Source: Nageia nagi (taxonomy: Eukaryota > Plantae > Pinophyta). Taken from it: DNA of 64,000 nt. The position numbers were made by a program, and so were the translations under genes. The notes under the pieces were generated by a model. It saw only the letters and a list, made by a program, of their open reading frames with translations, did not search any database and was not told the DNA's origin. The stretch covers positions 58,776,001-58,840,000 of the forward strand of contig JBITNC010000001.1 of NCBI GenBank assembly GCA_050084985.1. Reading direction: 5' to 3'. Positions 53,226 through 64,000 of this stretch are shown one piece after another (position 1 is the stretch's first letter; each line of letters begins with the position of its first letter).

Positions 53226-54339
53226 TCAAATCTTGTGAAGAATGGGTTAGAACCAAGAATGAATGTGCAAAGAATACATCATTCTTCAATTGAATTTTCA
53301 TTCATTCTTGCAAAAATCTCATTCTCCAATATATGTTAGTCCTATATTAGTTTTTGGATAACATACAACTAGAGGGTGCATTATGTACAAGGTAAGGAGG
53401 TAGCTATCGAGAAATGGTAGCATGGGCATTCGTGACCAGTGCAAATGCTAATGTTGGCATAGATGCTAGGATCAATAATGAATTAGATGTCCAAATTTTA
53501 GGGTAATGAATTTGGTTTCTAGGATATAAGCAAAGATCATGGTTTTCCAAATTTGGGGGTACAAGGTGGCCATCATTTGTCATTTTCCCCATGTAATGTA
53601 TCCTAATTTGGATTTTAAATAGGCTTAATGTAGTTTTAATTTCATATTAAATGTTTAACATTTGATCTCTGGTCTAGTAGGAGAAGTGTGATCATAATAG
53701 AAAGGATTTGAGCACTCCCAAAGATTTGCATTGTAAGGTAGGTATTTTCATGTGTATTTGATCGATTTGGTTGATTTTAGGCATTTTTATAAGAATTTTG
53801 GCCTATTATTTGTGTTTGTAGGATTAAGATTACTAACCAGGATAACCATAAGGCATACCTAATCCAACATAATTAGGTTCCTACCCATATGGTAGCTTTC
53901 TAGGACCCTTTGTTTTATTTTTTGCTTAATTTACCAAATTAAGGTAAAGAAAAGGCAAAACCAATTAAATACCATAGGTTTAGAGTTTTATACATAGGGC
54001 ATCCATGATTTTGTAGTTAGGATAGGTTTTTATGTGCCAAAATATATGTTTGGGTAATAGTAGGGATAGAAGCATTTTTCCCTCGATTTTTGAAAATATT
54101 GATCATATAAAGACTTGCTTGAGTGATAGTGTGAGCACTAATGCTAGGTTGGTAGAAGAGTTTTCAATCAACAGGAATGTAGTTCCAATTGTGATTTTTA
54201 TTAATATTTGACTACAATGAGAAAATATTTTTTTTGCTTTATGATTTAAATAAAATTATGAAATAACTATGACATACATTTTCTTATTTATGATTGAAGT
54301 ATCATCAGTTCTTGATGGAGCCTCAGCCTATATCCTAAA

Positions 54340-55620
54340 GCTAGAATAAGTTTATGGTTTGGTAGGATAAGTTGATAGATGATTAGCTTGGTGTGCTACA
54401 CCATGTGGTTATGGGTTACCTACTACATGCTTCTTATGTATTGTGGATAAGGAGTTGCTCATAGCCCTGATGGAGAGATGGTCAGATATGAACAACACCT
54501 TTCACTTGCTTATTACGGAGATGATGATCATTCCTAAGGATATACACATGATTCTATGGGTGCCCATTGAAGGAAATCCCTTTTACTTTTAGGAAGTATG
54601 ACTAATGCATAGTGCAAAGGTACTATGAAGTGGTTGAATATAATTGAAGAGTACCATAAGGGAAAGAAGGGTGCTTAGCTTCATCGTGTCTTTAAAGGCA
54701 AGATAAAGAGGTTTGGACATGTGCAATTTATTATGGAAACTTGCATTGACATTATTGTTTACTCAATAAGAACCATGAGGTGTTTCCATTTAGCTTGGTA
54801 CATGTTGTGTACCAAGTTACTCAAGGTGTGAAGTATTCTTGGGCTCCATACATCATTGCTCAGATCTATCATGACTTGCATAATTTTATTATGATGGTAC
54901 ACTCATTTATGCTACTATGTTGGACCTATAAACACATTGCACTGATTTGACCAAGAGAGTTTCTTGTTCATGGCATAGCTCCTAAAAATCCCATGTGGTA
55001 TACATGGGCTAGAATGAAAAAGATCACATGGGTTCATAAAACCATGGAGGTGTATTGCAAAGTGATGGATGGTTTGAGTTGAATAGCTTAGAAATTATTC
55101 TAACATATAATTTTGGTTTTATAAGAGATATCATTTATAATCCTTGCACAAGTTTTCCATAGGGGCCAAATGAGCTAGGGGATGAGTTGGATTGGTATTA
55201 GCCTTCTTATTATTTGTAAAAAAGAAATATGTTTTTGGAGCCCTACAGGTTGTATAGGGTGAATTGAAAATTTGGGAAGAAGAAAGGCATTCCCTAGGAA
55301 TGCAAATTTTTAGTTAGGATGGGAAGGTATAACGCTCATGACCCTAATTTATTTAAGAATCTACCCAAGTGGGAATAGGAATGGCATCCTCTCAAGGACC
55401 ATGGTTTAGGGAGTGATGCAAATGATGAGGGAGTTGAGGCAGGCCTTAGTTTGGCTAGGAGTATTTGATATAGTAGGCTAGAGCAAGATAAGATCCCCTT
55501 GATTTGTATGGTTTGGAGCAGCTGGCAAAGGAAGTTGAAGGTGAAGGAGATGAAGAGGATAAAGAATATGGTGAAGATGAAGAAGAATAAGAATAATAAC
55601 AAGATATACATATGGAGGAT
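54340..55620 (+). pseudogene. Degenerate plant mobile domain (PMD) ORF with an acidic C-terminal tract
   Basis: 54443-54575 reads VDKELLIALMERWSDMNNTFHLLITEMMIIPKDIHMILWVPIEG, a canonical PMD motif. An acidic run EVEGEGDEEDKEYGEDEEE lies at ~55530-55590. Confidence 0.82.
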
Positions 55621-57499
55621 GCACCCTTGCAGGAGGAGCAAGGTGGATGGGATGTGCCTATTGGAATTCCCATTGTAGAGACCACCTAACAACAACTTGA
55701 GAATGAATTAAGTGTGGTAATCTTTGTACCTACAAGTTATTACTTACAAAAAATAATATATGACTAATATGTTTTCATTATTTTAATTTTGTAAATCAAA
55801 TAAAGTTAGATCTAGACTCAAAAAAGGCTACAAGAAATTAAGTTGAGGAGGAGCTAGTAGGCCTAAAAGAGGAGGTGGCCACCAAGGATGAGAAAATTGA
55901 TGGATTGAAGGTTATATTGGTAGCCTTGGAGAAATTATGGAAACATTGCAAAAAATGCATGAGGATTCAAATAATAGGGACTTCCTAGGCATGATGGACC
56001 ATGTACTAGAATAAAAAGATAATATTGAAGATTTATCCAATGAGAAAATATATATTTAGACACAACTCATGGCATTAGATGAACAAAATAGGATAAAGAG
56101 GCCTAGTTTGAGTAGGACTTCCTCTAGGTCAAAGAGTTTTAGGAGACACCAAGGTACTACAAGTGGTGTTAGCATAGAGAATTGATGTACTAGGTTAGTT
56201 GTATTTATTGGATGGAAAGACAATGTATCATATTTTTTATTAATATATATTTGAGATATATATTTTTGCTTATGCCTAAATGTGCTATGGTCACTACGTG
56301 ACTTTGATTTTTAAGTTATTATTTTGTTTTAAGTTGTTAAGTATTAAAATAATGTATTTTAAGTGCTAAATTATGTATTATTATAGATAATTTACTAATG
56401 TAATGGACCAATAATTATGGTAAGGGACTTAATTATATAAAAAAAACAACTATAAGGAACCCAATGTGGACATTGGTATTTTTGAAGAATTATAGGTTCT
56501 AGTTTTGTTTTAATATATCATGGCTACAGGTAGGGTTGGAATTTTATCATTTGATCACCTAAAACCTAGGTCTTGTTATTACTATGTGGATGTGAACTAT
56601 AAGGAAAAAATTAACCTAAATGCAAAAAATAACTTTATGATTAATTTTTAATGTGATATTATATATGTTTAAGATATTGTAATGGTTGATATCTAACATA
56701 AAGGTTTTGACTATGCTAAAAATGCTTTAAGGAACCCAACATGGGTGTTGTATTGATAGATAAGAAATAGCTCTATCTATGACCTCTTTATCACCAATTT
56801 GAACTCCCTTGAAGGTTTGGGCAAAGATCAAATATGACATATAGGAAAAAGTATCAATTGGACATGAGGTGAAAAGTTTTCAAGAGGTATAAATGGTTAA
56901 AAATGCTTCGTAGTATTGGAGATGACCATTAAGGTGTCATGGGTAACCTCAAGGTACTAATGGCTTTTAGAAATTATGAAGGAAGTAAAGTGTGTGCATT
57001 GATATCAACATTAGCACTAGGTTACAAAGGGATATGGGATATTGTTGGTCAATGGTTCACTGATGCCCCTAATATGTGTGAGGTAATGGATAAGGGTATT
57101 GAATTCTAGCATGAACATGGGGTTATAGTGGATGTTTGATCACAAAAGCAATATAAAGACACCTATGCTACAGTTATATATCATAATAACTATAAATGAC
57201 AATAATGAAAGCAATAATGTGTACCTTTTTCCTATGTTGGGGTGATATTACAAATAAAATTTATGCTTGTATTTGACAATTTAGCTTTGATGAAATTCAA
57301 TAATGTATTGTTGAAGATACCTATGTTCTTGTTATTCTCATGTTAAGTACTTCACATTTACTTCAACTGATCATTTGATTTGACATCTTTAGGTTCTAAA
57401 AAAGACACCTTCTTTTGATCGATCAAGTCCTAAATATTATTAAGCAATATCACATAGTAGTTTGTCATATGTTCTTATTATTGATGATATTCACAAAAC

Positions 57500-58413
57500 T
57501 CATCTAACTTACTCTCACTTGGTACACCTATTGCAAAGGATGGATGATATGTAGACTTAGGTGGTAGAACTAATAATTTTCTTTTGATCAAGGCCTTTAT
57601 AACTTCATCAATATCATCATGCATTGTTATGAATTTTCATCTAGGAAATTTTTGATATTCTATGTAAATTTATTTCTCATATTTGTCAACTTTTCAAACT
57701 CCATTTGCTACTACTATGAATTGCTATACTAATTCCACTTTGGTTATGATTTGTGCTTCTTATGATTGCTCCTTTTTGTATTGATGTTGGTATTGTGAAG
57801 GTGACATTCCCTTTTTTTGTTTTGATTTTGGTTTATATTATCCATATATAATGTGTAACCGTTCTTTTTCCAATAATATCTGTAGAAACTCATTGAGAGC
57901 TAACTTATAATTGTCAAAACATTTTTCATATATTTTGGTTGAAGAGCCTCAATGAAGGCTAATATTTTCATATTTTCACCTTTATGAAATTGATAACCTT
58001 TTAAGTATAAAATATGATAAATGACTTAATGTATTGCCCTTCTCTTTGCTTTAGCTTCATCAAATCACTAACTTTAACCTTTTTGCGATGTGAATTTGAT
58101 GATCATCATAAAATATAGTCTTTAAATATGCAAAGTTTTTAATGCTAGTATGTGGAAACTTACTAAATCACTATGTATCTTTTGCTTTTAGATATAAAGG
58201 AAATAAATTTGCATGCAATTCTTCATCCATAGTAATTAAGGAGACTTCATCAGATAAAATGCATAAATGAAGACATGGATTAGTTGTACCATCAAACTTT
58301 GTAAACTTTAAAGCTTTGCTATAATGTAATATGGTGGATATAATCCTCAAGCACATAGGGTTATTATTTTCATTTTGATGAGGATATAGACCTTGATATT
58401 TTGTAATTTTCAA
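57500..58413 (-). pseudogene. Degenerate gypsy gag of a minus-strand element
   Basis: KALKFTKFDGTTNPCLHL...DEELHANLFPLYLK, the same gag motif type as at 17950 and 35740. Confidence 0.7.
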
Positions 58414-59148
58414 GATATTTTTCTATAGACCTTCAAATCTTTCTAAAGTTATCTTTTGTAATATCATTTATGAAGTCATCATTGGTATAGTTACCTACAT
58501 ATTTTCCCTTGCATTTTGCAATGGATATTTATAATTTTTTCCTTCTTCAAATGTTGGTAATTATTTTCTAGGCTTGAAGACTTCAAAAGCTCTAGTTTTA
58601 TCATATCTATCATGGATGATATTATGCAAATTTGTTGAAACTAACCATTCTCTCTTAGTATGAGACATCAATATCATGTGCTCCCTCTTGTACTTTAGTA
58701 ATTTTACACATATGATATCATTTTCTTCTTGATTCCATCCAAAAATGGGTTGCATGGCTTGAGAAAGTAGTCTATCAACATCTTCTTCCTGATATTTTTA
58801 TTTATTTGTGATAGTACATTAGACCAGTTACTTATTTTTGGGCTGAAATAATTCTATTTTGTTCTTGTAATCACTTTGAACCTTATGAAGCAACCACTTG
58901 TAATATTTTCTTTTCTATGGTATACTCAAGTTTACAATGGAAATCTCATTTACTGAATGAAGAAATTTAGATTTAATTTTCTTATCTTCCTTTGATGAAT
59001 TTGCATATGATAGATGCACCTCTTTAAGAAGTATGTTGATCTCTTCAAACTTTGCAATATATTCTTAATCACACATATATTTAATGAAAATGTTTGTATT
59101 TGTTGATCCAAAAAATACAATCTAGCTCTTTGTATTGCAATAGAGTTA

Positions 59149-62100
59149 TGGGGGTACTAGATTCATCATCATAATGAACCAATAGTCCTTGGATGAATCA
59201 ATTTTGAATTGATTCAACCTTTGATTTTATTTATCTAGGATGGTGCCTAGAGAGCCATTTTCAAACAATCTTAGGAACCATAATTTGTAGATAAAATCAT
59301 GATCCTCTTGATATTTATGATTTTAGGAATATAAGGGATAGACATTCTCTATAGAATTGCTCTACTCATAAGTGGCTCTTATTTTGGAAATTCAAAACTG
59401 CAAATATTAGTATCTTATAATCTTCTTTAGACACATCCTATAGATAGAGAGGTGAATAGGATCTTGAGCTTCTGATGGTTCAATTTTATACAATTCAATC
59501 TTGTCTTGGGTCTTTAACTAATTATATCATATTTTTTCCATATAAAGGAATATAATATATATGAGATTCTATCTCTCATAAATAAGATAATGTTACCCAT
59601 TTGTTGTATCTCTTAGAATTGAAAATCACAAGGTTTACTTCCACAAATAGAGATGTAGACCCTTTAAAATACTTATCACAAATAGAAGATACAATTTGAT
59701 TCAAATTCCTTATTCTAGTTTTATCAAGATAGTGACTTATCCATCATGAAAGGTGGAAAAGGAAAAGAAAAGGGATAAAGACATCGAAAGAGATACAAAT
59801 TTTAAAGTGTAGAAAAGAAAGGGAAATGATATCTCTTGGGGCCAACTTGGGTTTCCAACAATTCTATTAGAACTTGGATAGCTCATAGCAATCCCTATAA
59901 TACAATATTTATCATTTAGCTATAAGAGAATAGAGGCTATAGTCACAAATATTTTATTCATCATACAATGAAGAATATAAAATATATAAATAATGTAACC
60001 ATTTATGTCATACAAGGACTACATGAAGAAATAAATGTACAGATACTACCATACTTTTTGGGATAGAAAAATAGATATTTCATTACTTAAGTGTTAATGC
60101 TACAATATCCAACCTCTTGTTTTACATCAATATGAGTTGTATATATATAGCTTTAAATTTGAAAATAACTACCAACTCTAATAAGAATCTAAAGAGAATC
60201 TATAAACTACAACCCATACTCAACTAACTATGATCTAATAGAATTATAAAATCTATAACATATCTAAGCTACAACTTGAATCTACATAGTTGTAACTTCC
60301 TAAATTTATGCTAAAATATAACTTTATTTTGTATTTAGTACCAAAAAAAGCTAGGAGATCTTGTTCTCATAAGATTAGAGAAATGTTAAAAGCTTTTCTT
60401 AAGATTATTATAATGTTTATACAATCTTTTTAGACTTTGGTAGTAGAATTGAGATTGTCATTATTTAGACTAATAGGAGATGATTGTTGTCTTCAGTGGA
60501 TATTGGTGAACATGATGAAGCTCTAGAAGAGTGAGTCATGGTTGAGTTTGCTAGGTTTCAAGAAAGAACAAGGTGTATTGGTTGATCAAACTACTTTCCT
60601 TGGTGATGCCTTGGAAATAGTCTGGTTTTATTCTGGGAGAATGCATAAAAGGTGAAGAACATTGAGCTTTGGGAATATTGTACACTTACAAGTCCTCCAA
60701 GTTTAGGAAAATACTGTAGATAAGAGTATCATCAAGTTTTGAGAAGATGATTTAATGTAGCATCGACAAGCTCTAAGATATTCTCATTTATCCAATTGCT
60801 ACCATTTTGGATGCCTATGAAATATTTCAAACTTGTTAAAGCATAAAGTAATCAACAAATAACATCCCTTGTTAATGCAAGATGCAATTTCTATAACATT
60901 TTTCCACCTTTGATGGCTTTTCTTAATATTTGGAATAGTTAACAAACCATATAATAGAAATTTTGTAAGAAACATGCATTAGCAAGGGTGGGATGGAATG
61001 GAAAAGACTTTAAATAAATATTCAAATCAAATATAAAAATATTTATGTATCAATTTGTCAGAATCTTAACCATTTGCAACAAAAAAATATTTTTGATAAG
61101 TATTTAAATAAAACACTAAAGTAAATCACTACTTTACCTTTATTTTTTGATGTTGTCAAATCCGTCTCCACTTGTGAGCCTTTTGATAGATAGCCTTTTT
61201 GAGATGTTATGTGATGCTTAAAAAATATACTAGTAATCAGCATGTAAATTCAAGGGGAAGGCAAGAAAGAGGGAGGAGATTATAGGTAGGGAGACAAACA
61301 TAGGGAATAGAAGAAAATGGAGGAAAAAAACAAAGAGGATGGAAGAAGTAATTAAGGTGGTAAGGTACATAAAGATAGACACCATGGGAAATAGGGGAGG
61401 GTAAGAATAGTGTGAGGAAGGGAACATATGGAGTGGTAATATGGATAAGATGGATAATTCATAGTGGAAGATTATAATGAACTAAATGGGATGGAAAAAA
61501 ACACATATTTACATGATCATTACTATTATACCTTATAATCTTCATACCACTCTTTACTTAAATGCACAATGATTTTCATCCTTAGATGTTCTAATACTAC
61601 CTATGCATTGGCTATTTATAGTCAAATTGGCACATATTTTTCTATAATTTCTCTTAGAAATGGATTTCAACAAAAATGGTTCAAACAATTCTAAATTATT
61701 TCTAACTAATTTAGACTTGTTTCTGTCTATACTTTTCTAATACATCCATCTTATCCTTTTAAAGCAATATTCTTTTATATGTGATTAATTAATTTTGAAT
61801 TTGAATACAAATCAATAATCTCTATAGAAAACTCTTTTGATCTATCTTTAAACTTCATTTTCAAGAAAAATATAATCTAGAGAAAACTTTGTCATTGAAA
61901 TACACTAGTATATTTAACCAGAATTCCAAAACAACTCTTCTGATAAAGAATATTACAACTAGTAGATATGAAAGTAATCAAAAAAGTATAGTAGTATGAG
62001 CTATCAGATATTTTGGCATAAACTGATGGTAAATAGCTTATTGGTATTGTAGGACTTGATAGGTAATGAGTATGAAAGGCTTAAGCTTAAGATATGAATA

Positions 62101-63915
62101 ATTTAGGCATGCTCTCTAGTATTAACAAAAAATATCTACTTGTATTTTGAAAATATAGTTATTTACACATATCAACCCCTTTCTTATGTATGAAGATCAT
62201 TCACATTTCTAAGGGTTGCTTTATAAGGTATTTTTTTCAATGCAATGAGAAAAGATTAGAATATTACCTTAGAAATTATAATGTACTTATTTCAAGAATT
62301 AGGTGAGGGTTGGGTGGGTGTACCTTTGCAAGAATATCCATTTTGTGTAACTCTATCAGTAAGATTCAAACATGTATAAATAACAAGATAAGTTCAAAAC
62401 ACACTAGACCTACTTTAGATATTATATTTTGATATGTATTCCACAATTGACATTATCTTCAACAAATAACCCTTTTGAACATAGGAACATTTTGATATTA
62501 GATTTCTTATTCTAGAATTCTAGTGTCAGAAGATAACAATCATCCTTTCAAGAGAGAATTAAACCATCCCCTCATACTATTTAGGTCCAAAATCTTTATC
62601 AAGGAAATCTTGATTTTGATTAACCCCAAACATTATAGGCTATGATAATCTTTCTTTCAAGAATACTATTCTTCTTAAATGACATATGAGTCATCTTTAT
62701 TGAATGTTTTATTCAACTTCTTACATTTTAAAATAACTTCTCTTATTCTTTAGATATTGAATCTTGAACTAATCAAGTCATGATTCTATTTCCTTGAAAT
62801 AGATAAAAAAACTTTAGCTGATATGTGCATTGATGTCATCAAATTTATCTTGAATGAACATGATAATATTTATCATAGTCATGTTGAAGGCTAATATATT
62901 ATGAAGAATATGTGAAATCATCCCATTGAGCATGCTAAAAATGGACTGTTGATCTGAACAATGCAATTCAACTCTTTATCTTTCAACAATGTTTTGGGGG
63001 TACTAGATTCATCCCTATTATGAACCAACCATCCTTGGATGAATTAATTTTTGGTTAACTTAAATTTCAATTTTATTTATCCAATATGGTGCCTGGAAAG
63101 ACATTTTCAAATAATCTTAGGAATAATAATTAGTAAATAAACTCATGATGTGCTTGAATAATTCAATTTTTGGGAATATCAATGATAGATGTTCTTTGTA
63201 TAATTGCTCTAATTTTAGGTGGCTCTTATTTTAAAAATTCAAAACACCAAAGATTAGTATCTCATAATCTTCTTTAGATGCATCTTGCCAATAGGGAGGT
63301 GAATAAGATCTTGAGCTTTTGGTGGTCCAATTTTATATAGGTCATCCATGTATTGGATATTTAACATATTAGATCAAATCCTTTCCATATAAAAGAATAT
63401 AATCCAAATGGGATTCTATCTCTCATAGAAAAGATGATGTTACCCATTTGTTGGAGCTCTTATAATTTAGAATCATGAGGTATACTTCCTATAGATATAG
63501 ATGTAGACCCTTTAAAAGACTCATCATAGAAATAAGAGATAATCTTATTCAAATTCCATATTTTATTTTTATCAGTACAGTGCCTTATCCATCATGAAAG
63601 GTGGAAAATAAAAGAAAAAGGGATAGAAATGATAAAATAGATAAAAAGATTCAAAGTTCAAGAAAGAAAGAAAAATGATATTGCTTAGGGCCAACCTAGG
63701 CTTCTAACAATTCTATCAAAACTTGGAGGAAGGGCCCCTAGCTCATACCAATCCCTATAATGTAGTATTTATCATTCGGTTGCAAGAGAGCAGAGGAAAT
63801 AGTCATGGATATTTCATTTATCATACCATGGATAATAGGAAACATATAAACAATATAACTATTTAAGCCATATAAAGACTACATGGAGAAATGAATATAT
63901 AGGTGTTGCCATACT
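59149..63915 (-). mobile_element. Heavily decayed retroelement debris: ~0.9-kb diverged direct repeat (59149-~60060 / 62995-~63915) flanking copia-like RT/RNaseH remnants (~60400-61240) and gypsy-like integrase remnants (~61600-62990)
   Basis: The direct repeat starting tgggggtactagattcatc is clearly visible. Protein motifs are faint: KGYLSKGSQ (~KARLVAKG), YGL, IFSKY (~DRFSKY) and MPKLFIS (~MPKSIVS). Confidence 0.5.
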
Positions 63916-64000
63916 TAGTTTGTCTAGAAATAAATGGAAGAGTGAATCTTGGTTGATTCCCTTATGTTTTAGGAAAGCATGAGGTGTATTGGTTTATCAT

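Overview
AT-rich, repeat-dense plant nuclear DNA. It is most consistent with a conifer/gymnosperm genome; this is inferred from the very long TE-filled intron, the Tat/Ogre-type Ty3/gypsy elements and the style of the LRR receptor-like protein. The window is not prokaryotic, and I found no CRISPR array, rRNA or intact tRNA. Host genes: (1) the last four coding exons of a syntaxin-5/SYP3-type Qa-SNARE (+, 11177-13773), whose first coding exon lies outside the window beyond a >11 kb intron; (2) a 5'-truncated, stop-containing tandem ubiquitin-like ORF (+, ~24072-24482); (3) a multiply frameshifted LRR receptor-like protein pseudogene (-, 27081-24889). The rest is nested, decayed TEs: two solo LTRs and a hAT-type non-autonomous element with clean TSDs, a gag-only LTR element with a ~42-bp array, a chromovirus 3' end, two L1-type LINE copies, and copia/gypsy pol debris. 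There are also two Tat-like elements that keep gag (one also keeps protease), show no recognisable RT/RH/INT, and carry an antisense plant mobile domain (PMD) ORF. One of them has a tRNA-Trp primer-binding site and a three-LTR architecture. The best leads are the gag + antisense-PMD elements, a frame anomaly at a syntaxin splice acceptor, and a CpG-retaining, hairpin-rich ~420-nt island in the syntaxin intron. All calls were made by eye; boundaries of degenerate elements are approximate.
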